Program-made: the position numbers and the translations under genes | The notes under the pieces: generated by a model | Seen by the model: the letters and a program-made list of their open reading frames with translations, nothing else | Database searches by the model: none | What the model was told of the DNA's origin: nothing | From: Amoeboaphelidium protococcarum X5 | Taxonomy: Eukaryota > Fungi > Aphelidiomycota | Direction of reading: 5' to 3' | Assembly (NCBI GenBank): GCA_023515725.1 | Contig: JALDTO010000142.1 | Location: 186,001-250,000, forward strand | DNA length: 64,000 nt | Shown here: in pieces, positions 13,011 through 27,984 of the stretch | How positions within the stretch are numbered: the stretch's first letter is position 1 | Layout of the letters: every line of letters begins with the position of its first letter

Positions 13011-14936
13011 TCAATTTGTCGCAGATGCACCATCATCCTCAGAATCGCTTGATAAGACGTCCGATGACATATCAACATGAGGGACCTCTATAGGATGCGA
13101 CTATATTAAAGCTCTAGATTATTATCGCTCCAAAGTCTCAGACGGTAAATTAAACTACAGCTTTTGTGGGAAAGGCGGTAGTTACTAACCATGAGGAACG
13201 TGATAATTAATTGGAGGAAGATCTGGCTAATCATAAAAAATGCCACTCTCGTCATAATAGTACACTGAGCCGTCAACTTCATAGCTCGGCTCATAGCCGG
13301 CACTCTAAACTGTCTTTCCATTCTCTAGCTCTTTAGTTACACTGTTAACCATCATATAATTCACAGCGTCAAGTATGTTGAAGGAATCTGTGTAGAACCA
13401 GCGCGACCTTTTAGTGTCAATAAAATTCTTCACTTTAAACTGATACTCCCCAACAAGATGATAAGATCTTTCAACAAAACTCAACCACATTACCACAGTA
13501 TACAACTTTCCGTGATTAACAAAAGTGAACGGATTGAGTCGGAGACCACTCTGATATTAATGTTCAATGTGCACGTAATGAACAGCCACGGTGAACTTTT
13601 CGACAGCGCCATCACTTGTCCTGACAACTTACAGATCAGTCACCTTTACCTTGGCATTGTGCGGTGGATAGACAGACTATTTAATACCTTCATACTCCCG
13701 TCGTCCAAGTATATGCGTATTATCATTAAGCAGGCTAGTCTCAATTTGAGAATTGAACAAGAGATCCGCGCGTCTATCAGGCAAACGAAGCAGTTGAGTT
13801 TCAATGTCCGGATAACTAGTCTCTACAATACGAATCTCAATGCCATTCCGGTTAATAAGAGTGCCAGATAATTTTCTAAATGAATGAACAATCAACTTTA
13901 CAGGAATATGCTGTGACGGTCTAACGCTAAACTCTGACTGTTCAGGTAACTCGATACGATCTTCCGCATCTAACGGTTATTCCAACATTGTGTCAGCGGG
14001 CAGTCTCTCAAAAGGATCAACGTAATAATACGGCTTTGGTTGTATATCAAATGGGGAGAATCCATGATACGGAAGCTCTATAAATGGATCGCTAGTCTAA
14101 GTCACATACTTTTACATTCCATACACCAATGATGGAGGGCGGTATGTGAATGTGGAATCATCATTCTAATGTAGCAGTAGACCGTAAATGTTCCCATGAG
14201 TCAGAAAGTCCACAATCAAATGATGCCTCTTAAATTCGTTCAACTAGACATCCACACGAGGATACGAGTCCACCACAAAGGTGTCGCCAAATTGAGTCGT
14301 CCCACATACGTTCTGCACCGACAAAGTCAAATGCTCACCAGCGACAAATGAATCAATGTTCATAATGATAAAGATGGTAAAGAATCCGCTTTTGATAGGA
14401 GGAAGATTAAGCAATCCATGTGCAGTATCTCCCGCTCTTACCTTGAACGCTATCTTGAATGGTACGCGAACGGTGGCCATCTACCGTGTTATTCCAAATC
14501 TGATCACATCTTTAAACTCGAGAACATCAGCGTGATTGAATACAATAGTCTCAGTCGAACCAGCGAGATCAACTGCTGACATTTGTGATGTAAATGTCGC
14601 GCTCAGATCTAATGGATGGAATAACGCGTCCAATCCAAGTCTTCTAACTGCAGAAGTTGGCCTGCTCTAGGGAACGTGTTATATCACAGCGATCATTCTA
14701 GGATGTGACTGTATAAATGCAGGACTACTTTATTGTGTTGTAGCATAAGAAGAAGCAGCTTATTACACATTATCAAATCTTATATTGCCAGTATCTTGAC
14801 TTACGGTAATGGAAGTGGTGTAAAAGAGTCGAGAACACGAAGGCTGATCCTCCACAACTTCACTTCTAGAATACGCCAGAGCACAGTTTAGTATCAGACT
14901 TACTAGAATCAAATTCAAAAACTATTAACACAACAT
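13011..14936 (-). CDS. Orphan predicted secreted protein (641 aa)
   Basis: One TGA-free frame joining track ORFs 14244..14480, 13677..13895 and 13305..13505. Signal-peptide-like MLCQQFLNLILVSLILNCALA. Confidence 0.75.
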
Positions 14937-15153
14937 TTATAAATGTCAATTTGAGTCCTCTTTTTTGGTATTGACTTGAGAGAACTTGGTGAACCTCTGT
15001 CAGTTCGGGTGCGCGTCGCTACAAATGGCCCCCTGTTAATTCTAGTAGTAAAGTGCTGAAATGGGCAAGGTATTAATAAAATAAAAAGTGATGTAAAAAG
15101 GCCAGTGTTTTATCACATTGTCACATTTCAACGATGTCATTGATAACATTCAT

Positions 15154-15480
15154 TCATCCCTCCAACTTAGACTGAACGAAACGCGTCCAATCTTGTTCAC
15201 TGTCAAAGTGATCTAGTAAGGATAGATCATTGATCATAAACTGCAGATGAGCATTATTCAAAGCTTCACGATACTTGAGACTGATCGAATTCGCACAACA
15301 CGCACTGTCGCTCATAGTTGGATTCTTGTACAGTCTGTAGAATTGTGATAGCACAGACACAGTCTACCTTTTGGACAGTGAGGATCGTGTGGAGCTAGAT
15401 TTAATACTTGTATCAGCACTTGCATTAATCGAAGATTGGCTCGAGTTTTTATCACGATGTTGTTTCGATCTTAGAGTCAT
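15154..15480 (-). CDS. Hypothetical protein (108 aa)
   Basis: ATG 15480 to TGA 15154 with one TAG; Ser-rich N-terminus; no family recognised. Confidence 0.5.
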
Positions 15481-16099
15481 TATATAATTTTGCTGTTGCT
15501 TCTTCTTACAAAAGGTTAGATATTGATAAATAAGCTTTACTTTTTATTATTAAGAGAAAACAAAGAGCTATAATTATCACTATGGCAGCCATTAAGCACA
15601 CATTTTGATCGATCAAAGTGACAGATTTTAGTCAGGCGTCGTCATGACAGCCAATGATGTGCTCGCGTTACTCTATTAATCACACAGAGATCACTTTGAC
15701 TGTGATCGTGCAACAATGTCCTTTGAATTAAGAAGCATTATTGCAGATTCAGCATTATAATTATCTTAGCAATGTGCTATTAATTTAGAGTCACCATCAT
15801 TGTAATTGATGAAGATAATGATGAAGATTGACCAACCGGTGACGCGCAAATAGATAGATCCACATTTTTAACCATCCGCAATATATCAGATTGAAAGTAC
15901 GACCAGTCTTTGAATGTTATTCCAATTAGAGATGAGAAATTTATATTAGTTTAAAAATAACGTCAAAATATGTTACGGTATTCTAATTTACCAACGCGTT
16001 AATCTGGCCTTTAATCAAGTCGCAACCGCTGTTTAATTTAGTAGGTACCTGAAAAATCGCAACTGTTTTCTTGTAACAAAGACTTTTTGGATTGGCACA

Positions 16100-16963
16100 A
16101 TGTCTCTCTTAACATATTTTCTTGAGTAATTCGAACTTTATTATGTCAGTATTGTATATGGTTGGAGTGCTTTAGCTGTGTTCGTATTCTTCATATTACT
16201 GAGCGGACAGAAGGCTCCGTACGGAAAGTTCAATAATGCCGGAGTAGTCTAACGGTGGCACGGACCTGAATTGAATGGCAAGTTTAGTTGGGCACTATAA
16301 GAAGGCATCTCACCAATTGTCATTATAATTGTCGCTCGTTACTATGGAATTAATTTCATAATGTTTAATGCTTAAAATGTTCTTCTTTGGCAGTGGGTGT
16401 TACACTACGTTCATCGCGCGTTCATCTATCCTGCAGTCGTTCCGTCCATGTCGAGTAGTCGGCTGTTTGTTGTTCTCAGTGCTTCAATGTTCAATGTCAT
16501 AAATGCTTCTCTTAATGGCTTTGCAATTAGCAAACTAGGTATTCTGAGTAGTGGAAATACGTTTGGAATCTAGTTTCAGTTGGGGCTTTTAGTATTTCTG
16601 GCTGGAATGTTTATGAATGTCGTGTCTGATTATCAAATTGTGTTTGAAAAGATGTAACGAGCCAATTTACCTAAAAAGTCGCGCTATTTTATACCGTATG
16701 GGTTTCTATACAATTACGTATCGTGTCCAAATTATTTTGGCGAGATTATTGAATGGACCGGATTTTCCCTCTAAGTTTGTAGCCTTACTGCGTCTGATAA
16801 AGGTTCAATGTATAATGTGTTGAATCTGCCGGCTCTGTCTTTTGTCCTGTGGACTATTGCCAATTTAGGTCCACGCGCGTTATAAACTCATCGCTGGTAT
16901 CAAGATAAATTTAGAGAGTCGTATCCGAAGAGTAGAAAAGCTTTGGTACCTCTAATAATTTGA
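16100..16963 (+). CDS. Steroid 5-alpha-reductase family (SRD5A1/2, DET2-like)
   Basis: KAPYGKF, HYVHRAFIYP, YFIPYGFLYNYVSCPNYFGEIIEW, NLGPRAYKTHRWY, YPKSRKALVP. Confidence 0.93.
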
Positions 16964-17002
16964 CACGAAATCTATAGATTAATCTCTTACACTTGATAAT
17001 AA

Positions 17003-17761
17003 TCAGGCACCCCATTTTCCTAAATGGTTTGATTTCATGCGTTCGATCTCCCCGACTACATTCTTTGCCATCTTGCCAAATCTGAACTTGTGAACAGGAT
17101 ATCTATTCATAAGTTTGGCGGGAGTCTCACTACCTTGTTCCATCTTTTTGAACATTTTCAAATAAAATTCCTTCTTGGGCAAGACTTGTCGCAGCGCCTC
17201 ATGCTCAATTTAATCATCTGTCAACATCTAATCACTCGAGACTCCTTCGCTCAACTTCTTATCTCTCAGAGCCAATAGTCGCGCCTTATACTTCTCCTTG
17301 TCAATATGAACTTTCTGTTCCATTTTCACGAACCAATCCAGATAATTAATCGGCTTTGACGTGAAATCAATCTCTAAATTATTATCCACGTACGGCTAAA
17401 ACTTGAGCTGAGCGAACGAATGCTAATGCCAAGGCAGAGTGGCCGGAGTCTTCACTGCAGCGGTATTAAGTGGCTAAGTGGAAAATGCCTCTGGGGGAAC
17501 GACCAATTTCAGAGCTTCCGGATTAAATTGATATCCAGTACCAGGTCGCTTCTCTATAACAACCTCTCCGCGTTCTGTGACAGATGTTGGCGGCGGGACA
17601 AATCTCATTCCACTTCCAGCTCCATATCCTTTCTTCATCTTGGAGTTGAGCATTTTCGGATTCCACCATGGTCTCCTCCTAGCACCCTTCTTATTCACAA
17701 CGCCTTTGAAAGTAATAGATCCGGCGTTTCTTACTTACTAAAATATATTTAACGCGTTCAT
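17003..17761 (-). CDS. Probable mitochondrial ribosomal protein mL41 (yeast MrpL27-like)
   Basis: Basic presequence; KKGYGAGSG...GYQFNPEALKLVVP...KFQPYV resembles the mL41 pattern; C-terminal extension. Confidence 0.6.
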
Positions 17762-18096
17762 CTCCTCTATTCTTGTGGACGTGATATATTGTAAAAATGT
17801 GAGTACGGTAGCAATTAGATGTACCTCCGATATCTACAGCAGAGCAAAAAACGTCAACACTTCTTTACGTGAGGGAGAGATTAACGCGTCAAAGGAAAAT
17901 GTCGCGAAACAGCTGAAGAGATCGCGAATCTCTCACCACTCAGTCAGTGCTGTGGAGTAAAAACAATCTAAGAGAATTTGAAAATTTTTTCGCACTTTTC
18001 TGTTTCTGCTTTAGAACTCCCTATATATGAAAGAGGACGGAATAAGAAGCAGAATTTAATATATAGATCTAGTGACAGTGGTATACATTATTGGTC

Positions 18097-18606
18097 ATGT
18101 CTTAAAAGCAATAGCAGGCTCAGTCTCAACAATAGCAAGAAGAGATATCTAGCATAAGATTTAGCGAGCTCCCCGTAAATATCGTGCTAAATTATGCGTT
18201 TAAATACAATCTTATCGATCTCAGCGTTCTCAATATGGCTTTATAACGTGCTAATATTTAAAAGCAATTTAATGACGATCTTTCTGGTACTCTGCCTATA
18301 GGAAATGGAAGAACTAATGGAAGTAGGAGGAATAGTAGCAATCATATTGCACCGGAGCTCCTCATCTATATCAAATCTAATCCGTTTGAAACGACCAAAT
18401 TGCTTGTAGAGCTGGAAGTAATCTTTGCCCATCCAAGCTGTCACGATCAGTTCTAATAGCTGGTGTAGTAATGCTAGATTAACTATTAAAAGACTGAGAT
18501 CAGTGATAAGAATGTGATTCCCTGGTTCTTGTACACTGTCAGGAATCGTGAAAATGTCCTCAAGCTCCGTCCTCACGGCGAAGAGTAAATGTCTCATCTC
18601 TATTGA
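18097..18606 (+). CDS. SAP30: SAP30-like protein (Sin3-binding domain)
   Basis: FSELPVNIVLNYAFKYNL...ISDKNVIPWFLYTVRNRENVLKL resembles the SAP30 Sin3-binding domain with a central insertion. Confidence 0.65.
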
Positions 18607-18694
18607 TTTAAAAATTATTGTCGTATAGTATTAAAATATGATTACATATCGTATCGTTTCTTCATGCCATTATTAATCTTAATCATGATTAATA

Positions 18695-19873
<1,179 letters not shown>

Positions 19874-20250
19874 ACCTATTTCTACACCGTTTGTCTTCGA
19901 AAGAAGAGATGTTTGGACAATTGAAAAGAACTTGATGATTAAGACTTTGCGTCAAGTTGCGCGATACTGGAGACTGTTACATATTGAACTTATTTCAAAT
20001 TTAGCATTTCATGCGGTTAAAGATATGCTACGCAATAATTTATTCCAAAAGACGCGTCAAATGCCAGTATTATTATGCCACTCATTGAGGGTATGTTGTG
20101 ACGATACCGAACTATGACCAAGTTTGATTCAGCGGTGAGATGCAGCGACGAGACGCGTCTGCTGAAACAACGAGATCAACCTTAACCGGAGATCGCTTTA
20201 ACCTGTCGCTATAAAAGAACAATGATGTCCCTACGTCTTTCTTTCCTCAT

Positions 20251-20355
20251 TGCGACCGTCCGTTCAGATAGAACAAGCATTTTGCTTTTTACCAAATGCT
20301 TCATGTCAGTTCGGGCATAAAGGTCACTTTTAAATTTTTGTGGCCGCACAGGCTT
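20251..20355 (+). ncRNA. U5: U5 spliceosomal snRNA (divergent loop I)
   Basis: 8-bp stem AAGCATTT/AAATGCTT (20275-82/20294-301) closes the 11-nt loop TGCTTTTTACC. Flanking stems GAAC/GTTC, GTCC/GGGC, GACC/GGTC. TTCAGAT internal loop as in human U5. Sm site AAATTTTTG (20332-40) then a short GCC/GGC hairpin. Ends approximate. Confidence 0.8.
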
Positions 20356-20598
20356 CTCCCCTCTTTCAATTTACTCTCTCTCACTCATTATAACCTCATA
20401 AACCATTCAACATCTCCATTGTTTCAGGTTTCTCATCACTGCAAATAATGAACATTTACTTTCCATACCTGTATCAATGTGCAGTGATTGTGAGGCGTCG
20501 CGTAATTATTCGCACCACTTGAGTTTTAGAGACGGTTAACCGAAAACTACAGCAGTTGAAATAAGCGATTGATGGATATAGATAATATTCATTTCATT

Positions 20599-22452
20599 TC
20601 ATTCATTTGAGGACGGACGATCTAATGATTGTTTTACATATAGCGCCAACTTTCGGTACTCTTCTAAAAGTAAGGGAATTTCTGCCAGAGTGAGCTAATC
20701 AGCATTCTCAATTTTCAGAAATCTCTAGCTTAGCAATGGAACAGCGTCAGATCCGGAGACTGGGAGTGGTTTGTTCCGATTCAGGCCATTCTCCTACTGA
20801 GCTTTAAACGACATGCTCCTCATCAATCGCGGAGAGAACCGCTCCATACCAGAGAGCAATGATCGTTAATATGCTGGTTTAGAGGGGAGTGGTACTTGTG
20901 TCTCTGTTCTAGATCTAGTTAGAGTAGATACCAAACTACCAGCCAAGGAAGCACCGCGAGACAGCAGAGACTAATTCTATAACATTAGAGGTGACGCTTG
21001 ATCCTCCGAGACCGCTTTCTAAGCCAATTAATTATTGATGGAGCCATCAAACAGATTTAATGATCGACCTTGTAACTGATAAATATGTTCCAAGACACTA
21101 GAGACATTTGTCAGGCCCCAACCACTCTCTCCGCGATAAACAGCGCTAGACCTTCGATACATATGAACAAACTTTACACTGAGCAGGAGTGGAATAACTT
21201 CACCACCACTTTCAGCTTCTTCAGACACGATCTGTGTCAAAATATGCACAAACAATGGGAACAACGTGTCAGAATTAAGGGAATACTGATGAGCCTGATT
21301 AAACGCCGACATTGAGAGACTCACAGACAGGCTCTGGTACATGGCAAACATGACTATTGAACGTCCAAGAGGCACTTTGTAGAAATATTCGGCAAGCTAC
21401 CTGCCAAATGCTTTATCATCAGCTTTATCAGGTCCACTACTATTAGCAATGTAAAACTAGGTGTAAGACTTCATTTGAGCTTTCATACTTTATACAAGAT
21501 CTGGTTCAGTTTCAACAATGCTTTACACGAGGCCAGCATTATCAATGCCTTTCAAATCATTACCACTACCACCACTTTCAGTAGTCGATTAAAGTACAGT
21601 TCTAGACAAGAGATCCCAACACTCCAGCTCTTTATTCCACTCCTCGTCTTTAGCATCGGGGAAGGACTTTTAAAAAGTACCAGGCGAGAGAAATATCTTG
21701 GCTTCTATATAATCAAGCAGTTGATCTTCATCCGAGCTATTTTACTGCTTTAAAACATCTAATAGAAAGTTCATGGAATCGCTCAACAGAGCCTTATCAT
21801 ACTATTCAGGCTTTTCATTCTCAGTAAAACCCCACATACTTTTTACAGATCCATCATGAACCATATCAGCCACTCTACAGTAAAATTGTTATATCTGCTC
21901 GGCGTCGACACGTTCTGACGATTAGATACATTTCAACAAAGCATCACATTACTTTCTTAGCACGAGAGCCTTGTCGGAACAGTACACTTGATGAGATTAG
22001 GGAAATAGCACTGATAATAATGAATCTTGCACTGATATAGTCAACTACCTCAGCGATGTAATAGGTTCCTTCAAAACAATCAAAGTATATTGTTTGCCTT
22101 GGAAAAGATATACTTGAACAACTTGCTCAATGTCTATCTCTTGAATAACATTCAAATCATTATCGCCGTATACTAAAGCGCGAGAATTTTCAACCAGCTT
22201 AATTAAATGTCCACTTTACGTTCTATACTCGCTGATGCCACCTTTACTCTTCTCCCATAAATAGTTCTATATCAAAGACTAATCTGCCAAGTCGGAAGAA
22301 TTAAGTAAGTGTGGACATAGCGCTATTGTGTCAGCTCCAACGAGCATTTAAGGATCAGAGGCAAGATAGTTCAGAACTTGATGACTTTCTAGATCAATCG
22401 CAACATCCAAATCAACTCTAAACGGCAGCGGAGGACCTTACAACGGATCCAT
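20599..22452 (-). CDS. VPS9-domain Rab5-family GEF (617 aa)
   Basis: LNSDTLFPLFVHIL and RGESGWGLTNVSSVL match VPS9 motifs; C-terminal LTLAEIPLLLEEYRKL helix. Confidence 0.75.
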
Positions 22453-22786
22453 AAATCAAATCCCTATGAAAGCCAATTAATAGAATAGTAAGATTTTGAG
22501 TGCAACACAATGCAAATGAATTGACCCGATTACCAGATAGCTAGCTCCCACCGACCGACCGTTCAGAAGAATCGTTGGAACCAAATGAACAATCGCGTGC
22601 TCCGTAGAATAGCGCAAAGAGAGCGCCCGTTACCAAGCGTTCGCCACAGTTTCAAGTTGGAAAATAGCCACCAAATTGATTATCATCCACAATAATGTCA
22701 GGTAACTAGTTGCCATATTTTTACATCTTGGTCTTTCTAGTTAATTTAAACTTTTCAGCTATTCTTTAAAGCTATCTTTACAGAAT

Positions 22787-24850
22787 ATGTCTTTGACTGA
22801 GACCATCACGGAGGCAGTAGTGACAACCGTTGCAGAGGTGCTAGCAACCGAGACTAATCACGGTGGAGTCCATATCCCGATTGATCATCATGAGGCGATG
22901 GATGAAGAAGAATAGACGCATGCACTTTATTCTAGAGCTGTGCTCATGCTTGGCCTGATGGTGTTCAGTATTATGGTGATCAATGTGATGAAGATGCGAA
23001 ATTTCCATGCTGTTGGTGAGACGACGCTGTATGTTACAATAGGCATCCTCGTTGGCCTGGCATTTCTCATCTATAGTCGTATTGTCTACGGCTCTAATTC
23101 AGGACTTAATGTGATTTAACTTAGCTGGAACTTCTTCTCCTTAGTACTATTGCCACCAATTATTTTTGAGGGTGGATTCACTTTGCAGCGGGTGACATTT
23201 GTTAGAAATCTGGTGCCTATTATGGGATTCGCTTTGATTGGTGGTGCGTATTCAACTATTGTCACATCAACCTTGGTTTATGTTGCATCGCGCCTGTTAT
23301 ATCCTTAATTCTCGTTCATTCATTCTCTAGTATTTGGATCTATCATATCAAGCACAGATCCTATCAGTGTCTTGGGTATGTTACCTCCAACCACGGATAG
23401 AAATTTGTTCATGATGATATTCGGCGAGTCTGCTCTGAATGACGCCGTCTCTGTGATTCTATTCCGTTTCTTTACATAGCTTGCCAGAAGTGAATAGGAA
23501 TAAAAGCTCAATGCTGGTACTCTTTTATTCTCGTTTGTGGAGTCGGTAGGTGTGTTCTTTGGGTCAGCACTCATTGGTGTTGCGGTGGCTATGGTATTCG
23601 CCAAGATTACAAAGCATGTGCGCCCTCCTGAGTTACCTATATTCCAGTTATTGATATTCTTAGTCTTTGCATACAGCAGCTACCTAATCAGCGATCTGGT
23701 CGGAATGACTGGCATTGTGGGAGTGTTCTTCTGTGGAGCAGCAATGGCTCATTATTCTTACGATAATTTGAGTAAAGTAACGATCCTTAGTGCAAAGGTT
23801 GTTCTGAGGACTATATCATCAATGTGTGACGCGTTCGTCTTTATCTATCTCGGTTTAGGACTATTCGCGTTTGGTCGCTCTAATACCACATACAATGCAG
23901 CGTTCATCATATGTGCATTTATCGCGATCCTTGTTGCAAGAAGTCATGTATTCTTAATTGGAGCCTTTTACAATATGTTCTCCAAGGCTACTCATGCTGA
24001 AAGTAAGAAGATTCCGAGCAATCATTTGACATTTCTATGGTTCTGCGGTCTTCGCGGAGCTGTGTCTTTTGCTCTGGCTGTCAAAGTGTTGGGCCTGACT
24101 GAAATACCAAAGGATATTCGCGCATTGATTTTCGGTACTGTTGTCGTAGTGGTTGTGATTACCGTTCTGGGAATGGGTGGTATGACACCTTACATGTTGA
24201 AAGTTTTGAAGCTAGATGCGTCTGCGCACTAATCGCACAAAAAGTTACCCGTTAACGATGAAGAAAATGGTGGTGGTAGTGGCGCGTTGGAGACAGACTT
24301 TATAAAAATGCATAAGATTGGCCAGCAAAAGTCTGTTGATGGTAAACCGCAAGGTCTTGAAGTGATAAAAGAGAAGAGTGAAGGTTCATTAAATACCATT
24401 GACGAGTATCTGCCTCAGAATGGAACAATGTCCAATCAACAGGCCGCTTAGGAAGCTGAACAGTTTATGGACGCGTTTAGTAATGGATTCCTCATCACTC
24501 TTTATGAATTGGACAAGAGGTACATTAAGCCGTTCTTCACTCTGCAACAGTCTAGTGGTTCAATGAGAATACAAGGTGCGGCGATAGATGGCTCTGCCTC
24601 AACACCCAGAAGATCTATGGTGCCAAAGTCACCAATGATAGATGGAAAATATGTAGAGTTGGAAGATGAATATGATCAAAGATATAATCAATCTACATCC
24701 TTACAGTACGTGATTGAAGATGATACTGATGATGAACTGGACCGCGTGCCTCTATCCGTTGCCGCAGAGATGTTTGGCATTGCTGGAAGTGCCTCTATAG
24801 CCCTAAACAGTCGAAGCAGCCTTGACAGTCCATAGATACAACGATAGTGA
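22787..24850 (+). CDS. Na+/H+ exchanger, CPA1 family (NHX/NHE)
   Basis: FFSLVLLPPIIFEGG, SSTDPISVL, IFGESALNDAV, GLRGAVSFALA; multiple TM segments. Confidence 0.95.
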
Positions 24851-25045
24851 TGCCATGCAGGCAATATAGCAGAATTTTTCACTTCACTTTTTGAGTTAAT
24901 TACTGTAGTTATTAGGCCTCTTTAACGCATACTAAAAGGTGTCCGCCGTCGTGATTTTTGTAAAGCGATCGAAATTTTTCATCACTTTTACACTTTGGTT
25001 CTATTCCTTGAACAATTAGCGATAAATTTATAATAAAAAACCACA

Positions 25046-26236
25046 ATGAACATTCAAAGTAAAAGACTTTTGGCTACTTCAACTCAGCCATTCTTGGCGA
25101 GCCTTCCGCAGGCAGGATCCGTGATTACCAATACAGCTACCAAGTATGCTGGCCGTTACACCGTCACTTTGATTCCCGGCGATGGTATTGGTGTCGAATT
25201 GGCCGACTCTGTCAAGGCTATTTTCACTGCAGTCAACGCGCCAATAGACTTTGAGCAGTATGACATTAGTGGATATAAGCAGGACAAGGAGAACGAGACC
25301 AAGATGAAAGCTGCCATTGACAGTCTTAGACGCAACAAGGTTGGATTAAAAGGTAACGCGTTCTTTAATTGAATTTTTGGAAATAATCTCTCATGTATCG
25401 CCTGAATCTTGTTGTATATTGTAGGTATCTTGCACACTCCGGTCAGTAGATTCGGTGCAACTTCATTGAACGTGTCGATGCGTAAAGATCTGGATATATT
25501 CGCATCCGTAGCTCTGATCAAGAACGTTCCCAACCTGAAGGCGCGTCACTAGAATGTTGACTTTGCCATCATTAGAGAAAACACGGAGGGTGAGTATAGT
25601 GGTCTGGAGCACCAGCCTGTGAATGGCGTTGTTGAATCTCTGAAGATTATCACGCGCCAAAAATCTGAACGTATTGCGCGTTTTGCCTTTGACTTTGCCC
25701 TGAAGAATGGCCGCAAGAAGGTCACCTGTGTCCACAAGGCTAATATCATGAAGCTGGCCGATGGTCTGTTCTTGAACACTTGCCGTGACGTGGCAAAGCT
25801 GTATGAAAACTCTGGTGTCTAGTTTGAGGAGGTTATTGTGGACAATTGTGCGATGCAGTTGGTGGCTAAGCCTTAGCAATTTGATGTCATGGTCATGCCT
25901 AATTTGTATGGTTCTATTGTGAGTAATGTCGGCGCTGCTCTGGTTGGCGGTGTCGGACTGGTGCCTGGTGCCAACGTTGGCAGAGACTACGCCGTCTTTG
26001 AGCCTGGTTGTCGTCACGTTGGCAAGGATATCCAAGGAAGAAATCTGGCTAATCCAACTAGTATGATCCTGTCCAGTGTGATGATGCTGCGTCACCTTGG
26101 TTTGGAGGTTGAGGCTGAGCGAATCTCTTCTGCCGTTATGAAAGTCCTAAGTTAAGGTAAAGCACTGACTGCTGATCTGGGAGGATAAGCCTCCACCACC
26201 GACTTCACCAAGAGCGTCATTGAGTCATTAGATTGA
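25046..26236 (+). CDS. IDH1: NAD-dependent isocitrate dehydrogenase regulatory subunit 1, intron 25353-25424
   Basis: [59 protein letters not shown]. Confidence 0.96.
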
Positions 26237-26687
26237 GTTTAAAAAAATATTACATGAGTGGAATAAATTTGATACAAAAATAGTCTAGTCTAGCCTTTAA
26301 TTATATATCTCGCCCGTAAGTGTGGCCTCTCATAACTTGTTAATCAAATAATTGACGCGTCATAGTGGAGCATGATATTCACAGCTAGTGACGGGGCCGT
26401 GTGACACTTTAGGGAAAATCCGACCGCCTCTCCTCAATCTAAAATTCTGCGAACGGTGGCTTTCGACTTGGCAAGAAAGTCTTTAAAGAGAGCGCGAAAG
26501 TGGAAAAGTTTGTTTGTCTTTTTATTGCCGAAAGTTGTTGTTGTTTGTTGTTGCCATCTTGTCACTTTACATTTACTGTAGTTGCCGCAGAGACTCTCTT
26601 TTACATCATTTATTGTAGCAAGAGTTTTTAGCAATCGCTTGCAATCTACTACACTACTACTACTATAATTATATGCCAGTGAGTGAA

Positions 26688-27803
26688 ATGGTTGTACCGT
26701 CCTAAAGCAACGCCGCCACGTGCTAAACGTCATCAAGATCGGAGCTCCGAGATCAAGAGTCCCATTTGAATTATGCCGTCTTTACTGGCCATGCTGACGT
26801 TTTGACACCTGTGCCCGTTGTGCCTGCAGATCAAGAGTTCATCTGGTCGCTGAAAGAAGAGCCACATTATTCAAGGCGTAAAGAGATTTTGAAAAAGTAT
26901 CCGCAGATTTAGAAGCTTTTCGGATATGATCCCACTACAAAGTATGTTATTGTCGGAATTGTTGCACTGCAGTTGGCCTTTGCTTGGGTGTTTAGGGATG
27001 CGCTATCATATCAGAGTTTAGCATTTTGGTTAACTGCTTTTGCGGTGGGTGGTGCCTGTAACTAGGCCTTGTTTTTGGCTATACATGAAATGTCCCACAA
27101 TTTGGCGTTCAAGTCGATTGCTGCTAATAAATTGTACTCCTCGCTGGTTGCCAACATTCCCATCTCGTTTCCATATGCTGCCTCGTTCAAGCCTTATCAC
27201 ATGGATCATCACAAGTACCAAGGGGTGGAAGGTATTGACACTGACTTACCGACACGTGTTGAGGCTTTGTTCTTCAATTCATTTATTGGCAAGATTGCGT
27301 TTGTATTCTTTTAGATTCTGTTCTATGCTGTGCGTCCAATCTTTGTTAAACGTCAGGCGTTAACTTTCTATAATTTGATCAATGCTGTGTGGATTTTCTC
27401 GTTCTAGGCCTCTCTTATTCTGTACGTTGGCAAAGGAGCTGCTGCCTACCTGTTGGCCAGCACCTTCTTTGCCGGTTGTGGATTCCATCCATGTGCCTCT
27501 CACTTTATCGCTGAGCATTATGTATTCACTGGTGATTGGGAAACGTACTCCTACTATGGATGGTTGAACATCTTTTGCTTTAATGTTGGCTATCACAATG
27601 AGCACCACGATTTCCCTAATATCCCGGGATCTCGTCTACCGCTGTTGAGAAAGATTGCCAGTGAGTACTATGACCAATTGCCTTACCATGAGAGCTGGCC
27701 TCTTGTGACTGTGAAATTTATTATGGATCCGAACGTGTCACTCTTCAATCGCGTCAAGAGATAGAAGAAATAAGTTGGCGGGACCACTGTGAAATCTGAT
27801 TGA
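26688..27803 (+). CDS. DES1: Sphingolipid delta(4)-desaturase
   Basis: EEPHYSRRKEIL, His boxes HEMSH, HMDHH, HNEHH, HFIAEHY, ETYSYYG. Confidence 0.96.
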
Positions 27804-27984
27804 ATGGATCGATTAAACTCTTCTTAAAATTGCACTATTTTTAATATAACTTTACATTAGGAAAATCTTCATTAGGTGGCCATTGACGGTGTTGAGCATA
27901 GACAGTACAGATCTTCAACTAAAAACTTGGTTCAAATTCGTGAAGGCAAGCAAGCTTTTACAATTGTTAGATCACATGGAACGT

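Noticed and set aside
22695-22800. Upstream ATG TCA G/GTAACT as a first coding exon of the Na+/H+ exchanger
   Set aside because: No downstream acceptor puts it in frame with the CDS, and none is TGTAG.
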